Part shown: one piece after another, positions 1-7,982 of the stretch
Layout: each line of letters begins with the position of its first letter
How positions within the stretch are numbered: position 1 is the first letter of the stretch
Origin: an uncultured Gammaproteobacteria bacterium
GTDB lineage: Bacteria; Pseudomonadota; Gammaproteobacteria; JABDGN01
Assembly: GCA_963975985.1 (NCBI GenBank)
Contig: CAXBIY010000010.1
Location: 6,476-70,475 of the forward strand
Length of the DNA: 64,000 bases
Direction: 5' to 3'
Made by a program: the position numbers and the translations under genes
The notes under the pieces: model-generated
Seen by the model: the letters and a program-made list of their open reading frames with translations, nothing else
Databases searched by the model: none
What the model was told of the DNA's origin: nothing

Positions 1-977
1 CAGCCGACGCTAATACCGCTAATTTAAGCTATCAAGATGCATTAGGCTTAAGCAAATTGCCGAATGTTGATAAATCCGCACCCTACACATCCAGTTTTTT
101 TAACGTGTCTTACAATGGCCAACAACTGAATGCCTCGACGATCGGTATTACCTTAGGCTTAACAGATGTAATTAAATTGAAGGTGTTAAAAGGCCGATTT
201 GTTTCCGAGCTAGACCATTATTCCATGTTCTGTGACATTGGTTATGGGCTATATCAAAAAATTCAGCAAATGGGCGTTCATAATCCCGTCGGCACGCAAA
301 TTCGTCTGGGCAACAATGTCTTCACCATTGTCGGTGTATTAGCTCATTGGCCTGAAAACTCTTTCTTTGATCAGGATGTCAATAACTCTATATTAATCCC
401 TATCCAAACATCGATGCTGTTAAGCAAATATACTGACATTAATAACGTTGCCTTTCGCTTAGCACCGGACAGTGATATTGATAAAGTTAAAAAAGAAATC
501 ACTGACTACATCAACACAAAAGTACCAGGCAAAAGCTTGTTTATTCGCAGTGCAAAACAAATTATTCAGAAAATGCAGGCGCAAGAAAATACCTTCACCA
601 TTTTACTAGGTGTCATCGGTGGCATTTCATTACTCGTCGGCGGTATTGGTGTCATGAACATCATGTTAGTTTCGGTTGTAGAACGACGACGTGAAATTGG
701 TATCCGTCGTGCGATTGGTGCTAAAAAACGTGATATCGAAACCTTGTTTTTAATGGAAGCCATCGCGCTCTCATTATTCGGTGGTGTATTAGGTGTTGTT
801 TTTGGTGTAGGCACTTCATACATCATTGCTGATTTCTCCCATTGGGAATTTTCACTCTTCATGACGCCTCCCCTCATCGGCTTTGGTGTATCCGTCGCCA
901 TCGGTGTATTCTTTGGCTTCTACCCTGCCCGTCGCGCATCGAAGCTTGATCCGATTGAAACCTTACGGTCCGATTAA
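1..977 (+). CDS. ABC transporter permease, MacB/FtsX family (C-terminal part; 5' end lies outside the window)
   Basis: The frame of ORF 57..977 stays open back to base 3. A large periplasmic domain is followed by TM helices and an FtsX-type C-terminus (FYPARRASKLDPIETLR). Confidence 0.8.
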   Translation, partial: ADANTANLSYQDALGLSKLPNVDKSAPYTSSFFNVSYNGQQLNASTIGITLGLTDVIKLKVLKGRFVSELDHYSMFCDIGYGLYQKIQQMGVHNPVGTQIRLGNNVFTIVGVLAHWPENSFFDQDVNNSILIPIQTSMLLSKYTDINNVAFRLAPDSDIDKVKKEITDYINTKVPGKSLFIRSAKQIIQKMQAQENTFTILLGVIGGISLLVGGIGVMNIMLVSVVERRREIGIRRAIGAKKRDIETLFLMEAIALSLFGGVLGVVFGVGTSYIIADFSHWEFSLFMTPPLIGFGVSVAIGVFFGFYPARRASKLDPIETLRSD

Positions 978-980
978 TTA

Positions 981-1619
981 TTAAGCTAGCGCTAATAAGG
1001 ATGTCACCTCTAGCGACTTTGCTTGCCAGACATTTTCATCAGGATGCTCCTCCTGCCATTCGGCAATCACTTCGTCACGCAACTCCAGCAATTCAATCAA
1101 TTGTGGCTGAAACAATTGTATCATTGCGGTTACCCACTGACTGGTCACATCATATTGCACATGTTCGATATGAAAATTATCTAAATGCGGCACAATGTCT
1201 TTCGCATGAAACCATTTTCCTTGCACAACCCAATGGTTCAGCGTAAACAGCGCCGTGGGATAGCCATATTCATTCATCGCTATAGCAGCAATATGACATA
1301 AATTATCTTTACTAGGGTCATCAATATGCTTTTTCGAAACGACTATAGGCGCAAGTTCGGAAAATGAATGCGTACGTAAAAAAACATGAAAATGCCCATG
1401 TTCAACAAGTCTTTCAGAATCATGTGAGATATGGGTATGATAAAAATATTGACTATGGTGGATCTTATCGATGACATCACCCTTCGGATAATGCTGCCAC
1501 TCAAACAACGTTTCATTTTGTGGTAACACTGCAGCTACCATATTAGAATCTTTAGCAACAATAGTTTGATAACATTGTTGAATATTTTCTGCAGCCTGTT
1601 GCTGCTTAGTACTTAACAT
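981..1619 (-). CDS. Conserved hypothetical His-rich (cupin-like?) protein
   Basis: Long ORF with a His cluster (HHSQYFYHTHISHDSERLVEHGHFHVF). The ATG at 1619 is preferred over the TTG at 1640. It lies 57 nt downstream of, and co-oriented with, the Cys-rich peptide gene. Confidence 0.6.
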   Translation of the reverse strand: MLSTKQQQAAENIQQCYQTIVAKDSNMVAAVLPQNETLFEWQHYPKGDVIDKIHHSQYFYHTHISHDSERLVEHGHFHVFLRTHSFSELAPIVVSKKHIDDPSKDNLCHIAAIAMNEYGYPTALFTLNHWVVQGKWFHAKDIVPHLDNFHIEHVQYDVTSQWVTAMIQLFQPQLIELLELRDEVIAEWQEEHPDENVWQAKSLEVTSLLALA

Positions 1620-1640
1620 ATGGGATGTTGATAGAACCAA

Positions 1641-1660
1641 GGGATATTAAGCAATATCCC
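1641..1660 (-). terminator. Intra-operon hairpin (possible leaky terminator or attenuator) between the Cys-rich peptide gene and the His-rich protein gene
   Basis: Perfect 8-bp stem GGGATATT-AAGC-AATATCCC. On the minus-strand RNA it is followed by a moderately U-rich stretch (UUGGUUCUAUC). Confidence 0.3.
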
Positions 1661-1676
1661 TTGACGCTCCAACACA

Positions 1677-1940
1677 TTATTCGTCGCCAGCACAACCGCT
1701 GCAACCACTACAACCGCCACAGCAACCGCTGCAACCACTGCAACCACTGCAACCACTGCAACCACTGCAACTACCCGCGCAACAACCACCGGCACAGCAA
1801 CCACTGCATGCAGCAACCGCTTGAGTTTTCACTGTTGGTGTCGCATTAGTTTTACCGCTCACTACATGATTTGCCATCGCAAGATTACAAGCCATTACAG
1901 CCGCAACACTTGTTGCTAACATAACTTTCTTACTCATCAT
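1677..1940 (-). CDS. Exported Cys-rich (CSG)n peptide, 87 aa; metallothionein-like or CxxC-repeat protein
   Basis: A strong SD (AAGGAG) lies 4 nt before the ATG. A Sec-type signal peptide (MMSKKVMLATSVAAVMACNLAMA) is followed by a 45-residue C-terminal tract with 15 Cys in overlapping C-x-x-C spacing. Confidence 0.6.
   Translation of the reverse strand: MMSKKVMLATSVAAVMACNLAMANHVVSGKTNATPTVKTQAVAACSGCCAGGCCAGSCSGCSGCSGCSGCSGCCGGCSGCSGCAGDE
1692..1775. repeat. 9-bp tandem repeat GCAACC(A/G)CT encoding the (SGC)n tract
   Basis: There are four perfect consecutive copies at 1731..1766, flanked by degenerate copies. The reverse complement AGTGGTTGC encodes Ser-Gly-Cys. Confidence 0.9.
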
Positions 1941-2013
1941 GAACTCCTTTATAAAAAACAGTTAATTGACTTAAAACCTATACCCAAACCGTATCTTTAA
2001 AAATACGATGGCA

Positions 2014-2043
2014 TATTTACGCTCTTTTTCGATTAAAAGTCAA
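2014..2043 (-). promoter_or_regulatory. Candidate sigma70 promoter for the Cys-rich peptide gene
   Basis: On the minus strand, TTGACT (2043..2038), an 18-nt spacer, then TAAATA (2019..2014). The site lies between the czcD stop and the peptide start. Confidence 0.3.
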
Positions 2044-2050
2044 AGCAATT

Positions 2051-2944
2051 TTAGTGCTTGTGATGCGTTTTATCATCTTGACATTTTTCACCCTGTTCGA
2101 CCTGAATGGTCGCATGATGAATATGATATTCCTTTTCCAACGCCAAATGAACGTTATGCAATTCTTGGTCAGACAGACCTTGTGGCGCAATCAAATGAAC
2201 GGTTAAAGCCACCTCTTGTGTACTCAAGCCCCAAATGTGTAAGTGATGCATATCACTGACACCTGAGATATTTTTCAAATAGTTTTCAACAGCTTGGCGA
2301 TCAACATTATGTGGCACCGCATCAAGAATTAAATCCGTCGCATTGCGTAACAAACTCCAGGTACCCCATAAAATCATCGCCGCGATGATTAAACCCACCA
2401 ACGGATCTAACCATGTTTTCTGAGTCCACAACACTAATGCTCCCGTGATGACGACCCCTAATGAAATGACAGCGTCATAGGCTAGATGTAAAAAGGCACC
2501 TTTCACATTTAAATCATCATGTTGGCCTTTCATGAATAACAAGGCTGTGCCGCCGTTAATAGCGATACCTACCGCGGCAACAATCATGACAGTGGCTTCA
2601 TGCACAGCGACAGGATGTAATAGACGGTGAATCGATTCAACAACAATGAGCACTGTTGCAGCAACCAAGATAATGGCATTCATCAACGCCGCTAAAATAG
2701 TCGTACGTTTAAAACCATAGCTGTATTTCTGTGTGGCCTGACGTTTGAGCAATAGCATCGCGCCCCATGACATGGCTAAACCTAATACGTCACCTAAGTT
2801 ATGACCGGCATCGGCCAATAAACTTGCTGAATTAGCGTGCAGGGCATAAAACGCTTCAATAATAACGAAAGCTAAGTTTAAACCAACAGCTAAGCCATAA
2901 GCGAAATTGAATTGGTCGGCATGATGATGGTGATGATGCCCCAT
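2051..2944 (-). CDS. czcD: Cation diffusion facilitator (CDF) family Zn/Cd/Co efflux transporter
   Basis: Six TM helices with CDF motifs (SLLADAGHNLGDV, HLAYDAVISLGV). It has a natural N-terminal His6 (MGHHHHHHAD) and a His-rich C-terminus. Confidence 0.9.
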   Translation of the reverse strand: MGHHHHHHADQFNFAYGLAVGLNLAFVIIEAFYALHANSASLLADAGHNLGDVLGLAMSWGAMLLLKRQATQKYSYGFKRTTILAALMNAIILVAATVLIVVESIHRLLHPVAVHEATVMIVAAVGIAINGGTALLFMKGQHDDLNVKGAFLHLAYDAVISLGVVITGALVLWTQKTWLDPLVGLIIAAMILWGTWSLLRNATDLILDAVPHNVDRQAVENYLKNISGVSDMHHLHIWGLSTQEVALTVHLIAPQGLSDQELHNVHLALEKEYHIHHATIQVEQGEKCQDDKTHHKH

Positions 2945-3519
2945 TAGCTAAGCTCCGCGTGTCGAAAGCAATCTACCGCATGGTCATTGACCATCCCTAC
3001 CGCTTGCATGAAGGCATAACATATCGTTGATCCCACAAATGTAAACCCGCGTTTTTTTAAATCTTTTGCCATTGCGTTTGAAATAGCCGTTGTCGCTGGC
3101 GCGTCTTCTGACTGCTTGTAATCATTTTGTTGTGGCTCGCCATCCACAAACTGCCAAATGTAATCATTAAAACTACCAAATTTTTCTTGCACCTTCAAAA
3201 ATGCTTGTGCGTTTTTTCTCGCACCGAATATTTTCAAACGATTGCGGATGAATGCCGGATTATGCAGCATACTTTCCAATGTTCGGTCACTAAATTGTGC
3301 GACTTTTTCAGGGTCAAAATTGGCGAAATGTTCACGATAAGCTTCACGTTTTTTCAGCACAGTAATCCAACTCAAACCAGCTTGCGCACCTTCCAAAATC
3401 AAGAATTCAAACAAAACATTATCATCGTGTACAGGCACGCCCCATTCTGTATCGTGGTAGTCCTGATAAAGGGGTAAATCGGAAACCCAACTACATCGTT
3501 TTTTTTCTACATGTTGCAT
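2944..3519 (-). CDS. tag: DNA-3-methyladenine glycosylase I
   Basis: Strong similarity to Tag (DYHDTEWGVPVHDD, LILEGAQAGLSWITVLKKR). The ATG at 3519 is preferred. The stop overlaps the czcD start (TAATG). Confidence 0.9.
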   Translation of the reverse strand: MQHVEKKRCSWVSDLPLYQDYHDTEWGVPVHDDNVLFEFLILEGAQAGLSWITVLKKREAYREHFANFDPEKVAQFSDRTLESMLHNPAFIRNRLKIFGARKNAQAFLKVQEKFGSFNDYIWQFVDGEPQQNDYKQSEDAPATTAISNAMAKDLKKRGFTFVGSTICYAFMQAVGMVNDHAVDCFRHAELS

Positions 3520-3595
3520 TCTACATCCCAAGGGTTAGTCTTGATTTCAGTCAGGCATTATCATACCATAGCGATAACAAATTAAGGAATGACTC

Positions 3596-4390
3596 ATGCG
3601 CCGTATTATTATGTTACTCACAAGCTTAGTGATCGCAAGTTCAGCCATGGCTGCTGAAAAAGCGACACCCTTTGACGGCTTTTATGTGGGCGCCAGTGGT
3701 GGTGTTAACATCACACAATTTGATAACTTAGGTTACAGCACAACAGGTAATCGATTTGTCACAACAGGCACCGCGCACACGCCAACATCAGCTTCTGCTC
3801 ATAATGAGAAAAGCTTTACTAACACCGGCGGTGTCGGGCTAATTGATTTGGGTATCGGCCAAACATTCGATTGGTTTTATTTAGGCGCTGAACTTTATAC
3901 AAGCTTTGGCAACAGGACAACCGAATCCGTTAGTGCAAGCGCGACAGCTGAAGGTATTCACGCCCAGGGAACAGGCACCGCAGCACTCAATAGTTTTAAT
4001 TACGGTCTCGATTTTAAACCCGGTGTTGTTATCGGAAAAAACACATTAGCGTACTTACGCATCGGTGCAGCTTTCGCGAATTACACATTGAGTGCCGCCA
4101 GCACTAGCAGTAATGCGGCAACCGGCCAAACCTATATATCAACATCAGGTTCGCATTCAAACACCGTATTAGGCTGGCGAATTGGTCTCGGCGTTGAAGA
4201 AATGCTCACAGCTCATATCGGCATCAATTTTGACTATATATACACAATGTATAATGGTAACAATGCCACCACGTTTGTCACCACCAATGTTAATACGGAA
4301 GGGACCAACACCCAAAATGAAGTGGCAGGTAATACATCTCTACGTTTTCAAGACCAACAAGTGTTATTAGGCATTAATTATCATTTTTAA
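3596..4390 (+). CDS. Outer-membrane beta-barrel protein (porin/OmpA-like barrel family)
   Basis: Signal peptide (MRRIIMLLTSLVIASSAMA), alternating amphipathic strands, and a C-terminal LLGINYHF with a terminal Phe. Confidence 0.75.
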   Translation: MRRIIMLLTSLVIASSAMAAEKATPFDGFYVGASGGVNITQFDNLGYSTTGNRFVTTGTAHTPTSASAHNEKSFTNTGGVGLIDLGIGQTFDWFYLGAELYTSFGNRTTESVSASATAEGIHAQGTGTAALNSFNYGLDFKPGVVIGKNTLAYLRIGAAFANYTLSAASTSSNAATGQTYISTSGSHSNTVLGWRIGLGVEEMLTAHIGINFDYIYTMYNGNNATTFVTTNVNTEGTNTQNEVAGNTSLRFQDQQVLLGINYHF

Positions 4391-4442
4391 TTTCAACTTT
4401 AGACAAAGGAACTGTTCATGTAATAAGGGCAGTATTTCTGCT

Positions 4443-4874
4443 TTGAGCACAACCAATGGTGTAAAGCTTAATTCCACGGGTTCAGCATCAATTAATAATG
4501 TCATGTTTGGTTTTGATCTGAAACCCGGTTACGCAATCACCGATCATATCTTAGTCTATCTACGCGGTGGTCTAGGCTTTGGCTCAATGAAATTATTTGC
4601 TGACAATGATATTGCCGGTCACAACTTACCTAGTTATAGTGATACACAAAATGTCATGACCTACCGGTTGGGCGTCGGTGCTGAGTATAAATTCACTCAA
4701 CATTTCAGCGTTCACGTTGACTATATCATTAACTTCTTTAGTCAAAGCAATTACAGCATCGAAGGTGCCGGTGTCAATATTCCTACTTTACCAAGCGGAA
4801 ATATAACGTCTAACTCTATTTTTGCTAACCCACAATCACAGTCTGTATTAGCGGGTGTAAGCTACTACTTCTAA
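4443..4874 (+). pseudogene. 5'-truncated paralog of the preceding OMP (C-terminal half only, no signal peptide)
   Basis: It aligns with the C-terminal half of 3596..4390 (FGFDLKPGYAI.. vs YGLDFKPGVVI..; ends VSYYF). Only 52 nt separate it from the preceding gene, and there is no ATG or signal sequence. Confidence 0.6.
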
Positions 4875-4903
4875 ACGGCGAAAAAGCATTTGTATAGCAA
4901 TAA

Positions 4904-4937
4904 TGCCGGTCAGTTAAGCACTGACCGGCATTTTTTA
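4904..4937 (+). terminator. Rho-independent terminator
   Basis: 11-bp stem TGCCGGTCAGT / ACTGACCGGCA with loop TAAGC, followed by TTTTTT. Confidence 0.85.
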
Positions 4938-4970
4938 TGTGTGGTCTTCGTTAACTTCATATGTTAACTC

Positions 4971-5058
4971 CGTCATTGTGCGGCTTGACCGCGCAATCTA
5001 GAGAATATCGACGCGTTAAGGGATGCGCTGGATCCCGCGGTCAAGCCGCGGGATGACG
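4971..5058. repeat. Double-hairpin palindromic element, family 1 (CGTCATCCCGCGGCTTGACCGCGGGATC type), copy A
   Basis: The left arm is CGTCATTGTGCGGCTTGACCGCGCAATCTAG. The right arm is CTGGATCCCGCGGTCAAGCCGCGGGATGACG. Each arm is itself a hairpin, and the arms are mutually inverted. Confidence 0.85.
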
Positions 5059-5090
5059 ATACGGCATTACTACATTGCGAGCTATTTTCT

Positions 5091-6506
5091 TTAAAATTTA
5101 CTTAGCAATTTAACAATATGTTTAGCACGCTGGCTAAATAGCTTTGGAGCGTAATAGGTGTTCACCACACGTCGGTTAATTTGTGCAAGTGTGGGGTAAG
5201 CATGAATGGTCGCTGAAATTTTATCAATCCCGAGATTAGCTTGCATGGCTAAAGCGATTTCGGCAATCAACTCACCCGCATGTAACCCTAAAATACTAGC
5301 ACCTAATATTTTACCTTTATAGATGACTAGCTTTACCATCCCTTCAGGCGCGATTTCGGCTAGCGCGCGGTCGACATCTTTAAAGGGGAAACGTAACACT
5401 TGGGCTTTTAAATTCCATTGTTTCGTTTGCGCTTCCGTCACACCTACCATCGCAAATTCAGGGTCAGTGAAAACAACAGCTGGAATAACTTTATGATCCG
5501 CTTTTTTAGGAAATTTGAATATCGCATTGCTAATGACAATACCGGCTTCGTACTCAGCCATATGAGTAAACTTGTATGGATTATCGATGACATCACCCAC
5601 CGCATAGATTTTCTTATTGGTAGTTTGGCATTTAGCGTTGGCTTTAACACCCCGCGGTGAATATTCAACTTTGGCTGCTTCTAAATTCAAATCATCAACA
5701 TTGGCTTTGCGGCCGGCAGCAATCATCAACCGTTCGCCGTGAATGGTAATATCGCCACCGGTTTTAGTTTCACAATAAAAAACAATATCGTCTTGCTGCT
5801 CAACCTTATTTATTTTGCTAACGAAATGAAAATTAATACCTTCATTTATCAGGTGTTGCTGTAGTAAGTTTGCCACCTCTTCATCTGCCATTGGCATAAT
5901 ACGATCAACAATATCGATCACTGACACTTTGCAGCCGAACCGATTAAATGCTTGTGCCATTTCCAACCCAATCACACCCGCGCCTAAAATTAACAAATGC
6001 TTAGGCAGCTGTTGTTGCTGAAAAAGGGTTTCGTTAGTTAAATAATCAATGCTATCTAGGCCTGGAATAGGTGGTGCACTGGGTCGCGAGCCGGTTGCTA
6101 GCACAAAACGTTTTGCTGTTAATTGCTCGCCATTTAATTCAATCGTTTTTTTGTTGATAAACTTCGCTTCACCAAATAACACTTCACAACCATAACCACG
6201 GAAACGTTCTGGGTCATCATGCGGTTGAATCTGATCAATCACTGATTGCACATGTTGATTAATTTTGGCTAAATCAATTTTGGGTTCGTGCGCGGTTAAA
6301 CCATACTTATCGGCGTGTCGCATTTCATGTGCGATAGTCGCGGCTTTAATTAAGGTTTTACTGGGCACGCAACCAAAATGCAGACAGTCACCACCGAGTT
6401 TTTCTTGCTTTTCGATTAGGGCCGTTTTTAAACCCAGTTGTGATGCAACACTGGCAACTGTTAAGCCACCGGCTCCGCCACCGATAATAATCAGGTCATA
6501 TTTCAT
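5091..6506 (-). CDS. FAD-dependent pyridine nucleotide-disulfide oxidoreductase (dihydrolipoyl dehydrogenase / mercuric-reductase-like)
   Basis: It has GGGAGG FAD fingerprints and a redox-active CLHFGCVPSK disulfide motif. The pairing with a downstream DedA/TVP38 gene is a known association. Confidence 0.8.
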   Translation of the reverse strand: MKYDLIIIGGGAGGLTVASVASQLGLKTALIEKQEKLGGDCLHFGCVPSKTLIKAATIAHEMRHADKYGLTAHEPKIDLAKINQHVQSVIDQIQPHDDPERFRGYGCEVLFGEAKFINKKTIELNGEQLTAKRFVLATGSRPSAPPIPGLDSIDYLTNETLFQQQQLPKHLLILGAGVIGLEMAQAFNRFGCKVSVIDIVDRIMPMADEEVANLLQQHLINEGINFHFVSKINKVEQQDDIVFYCETKTGGDITIHGERLMIAAGRKANVDDLNLEAAKVEYSPRGVKANAKCQTTNKKIYAVGDVIDNPYKFTHMAEYEAGIVISNAIFKFPKKADHKVIPAVVFTDPEFAMVGVTEAQTKQWNLKAQVLRFPFKDVDRALAEIAPEGMVKLVIYKGKILGASILGLHAGELIAEIALAMQANLGIDKISATIHAYPTLAQINRRVVNTYYAPKLFSQRAKHIVKLLSKF

Positions 6507-6522
6507 GGTTCATTCCTATAAA

Positions 6523-6609
6523 TTTAGGGCTTAGAAACAGCATAAGCTGTTTAAGACAATTGTCGCCCTCACGCGACAACAAGAAACATCTAAGCCCTAA
6601 TACCTAAGC
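6523..6609. repeat. Small inverted-repeat element bounded by TTAGGGCTTAG heptamer-type termini
   Basis: TTTAGGGCTTAG at 6523..6534 is matched by CTAAGCCCTAATACCTAAG at 6590..6608. Internal hairpins are AAACAGC-ATAA-GCTGTTT and TTGTCGC-CCTCAC-GCGACAA. Confidence 0.6.
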
Positions 6610-7263
6610 TCTTCTCATATATTTTTTCACAAAATAGGGAATCAAACCCACAATCACTAATAACCCAACACCAATAGCGATTTTCGTCACTAACTGTGTG
6701 CCGCCGCCTTGAATAAAGGCTTCGCCTAAAGAGCCAACATAAGTGTAAGCAATGGTGCCAGGCAACATAAACACGGCACTAGCGATGATGTATTCCCAAG
6801 CAGGGATTCGCGTTAAACCCAAGGCGTAATTAAGCAAATTAAATGGCAATACTGGTACTAAACGCACGATAGCGACGAATCGCCAACCTTCGTTGTTGAC
6901 ACCATCAATTAATTTTTTCAAACGCCCGCCGGTTTTATTCGCCACCCAGTCAGAGGCTAGGTAACGCGAAATGAGAAAAGCGATACTTGCACCAATCACA
7001 GCACCAATTAAGTTATACACAACACCCCAAATTGGGCCGAATAATAAACCGCCGGCTAGCGTAACAATTAACCCAGGCAAGAATGCAACGGTCGCGACGA
7101 TATAGATTAAAATAAAAATGACCGGCGCCCACATGCCAAACCCTTGAACGGTGGTTTGAATATTTTGTAAATTAAGTTGATCACGGTACGAAATACCCAC
7201 CCAAACAATAACGGCGATAATAATAATAGCCAGTAAGATACGAAGTAAAGTTTTACGTTCCAT
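6604..7263 (-). CDS. DedA/TVP38/TMEM64 family membrane protein
   Basis: Multi-TM protein with SNARE-associated/DedA-type motifs. The start at 7263 is preferred because AAGGAGGA lies 5 nt upstream. Confidence 0.8.
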   Translation of the reverse strand: MERKTLLRILLAIIIIAVIVWVGISYRDQLNLQNIQTTVQGFGMWAPVIFILIYIVATVAFLPGLIVTLAGGLLFGPIWGVVYNLIGAVIGASIAFLISRYLASDWVANKTGGRLKKLIDGVNNEGWRFVAIVRLVPVLPFNLLNYALGLTRIPAWEYIIASAVFMLPGTIAYTYVGSLGEAFIQGGGTQLVTKIAIGVGLLVIVGLIPYFVKKYMRRA

Positions 7264-7281
7264 GAAATCCTCCTTGGCCAT

Positions 7282-7338
7282 CGTCATCCCGCGACTTGAC
7301 CGCGGTATGACGGCATTCTAGTCACGGGATGGCGACAT
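7282..7338. repeat. Palindromic element family 1, copy B (second arm truncated)
   Basis: CGTCATCCCGCGACTTGACCGCGGTATGACG is followed by CTAGTCACGGGATGGCGAC. Confidence 0.75.
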
Positions 7339-7447
7339 TGCACTTGAGTATAAATTATCACATATAATAGAAACTGCCTACTTGTAATTGCCAGGATTTG
7401 CCCCATAATAATAGTATATTTAAAGCGAAAAATGGAGAATCCAAAAC

Positions 7448-7786
7448 ATGTCTACTGCTGAACATATCACGAACGTTACCGACGCTAACTTTGAAACCGA
7501 AGTTCTCAATGCTGACACGCATGTCATTGTCGATTTATGGGCAGAATGGTGCGGCCCTTGTAAATCATTTGGTCCAACCTTTGAAGAGGTTGCCGGTGAA
7601 TACGTTGGCACAGTGAAATTTGTTAAAATCGATGTTGATGCCAATAAAGAAACGCCCACTAAATATGGCGTACGTGGTATTCCAACTATTTTATTCTTTA
7701 AAAAAGGCGATGCTGACCCTATTACTAAAGTCGGCGCTCTAAGTAGCTCACAGTTAAAAGCCTTTATTGTAGAAAACTGTCAATAG
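7448..7786 (+). CDS. trxA: Thioredoxin
   Basis: It has the WAEWCGPCK active site, is 112 aa, and shows the classic trxA-rho synteny. Confidence 0.95.
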   Translation: MSTAEHITNVTDANFETEVLNADTHVIVDLWAEWCGPCKSFGPTFEEVAGEYVGTVKFVKIDVDANKETPTKYGVRGIPTILFFKKGDADPITKVGALSSSQLKAFIVENCQ

Positions 7787-7982
7787 GCCCTAAATGACGG
7801 GTGTTCAACCCTTTGAGCGCCCGCACAAAAAGCTTGCAACTTATTATAAACACTGGCAGAATGGCTTTGTTGTTCATACAACAGCCCAGAATTCCTAGCT
7901 AATATCGGCGAATTCCTCTTACGAAACAAACACATACATAAAATCAGTGATTATAAATTTCATTAACAAAAGGTAAATTAAT

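Noticed and set aside
1613-1849. Long ORFs 1613..1816 (-) and 1625..1849 (+), with poly-Val/Ala and His/Asn/Cys-rich translations.
   Set aside because: These are alternative-frame and antisense readings of the 9-bp repeat tract. They have no SD or signal features. The frame with a strong SD, a signal peptide and (CSG)n is the credible one.
7338-7368. A candidate trxA promoter (TTGCAC ... TATAAT).
   Set aside because: The spacer is 19 nt, which is longer than the optimum, and several alternative AT-rich hexamers exist. It is not specific enough to annotate.
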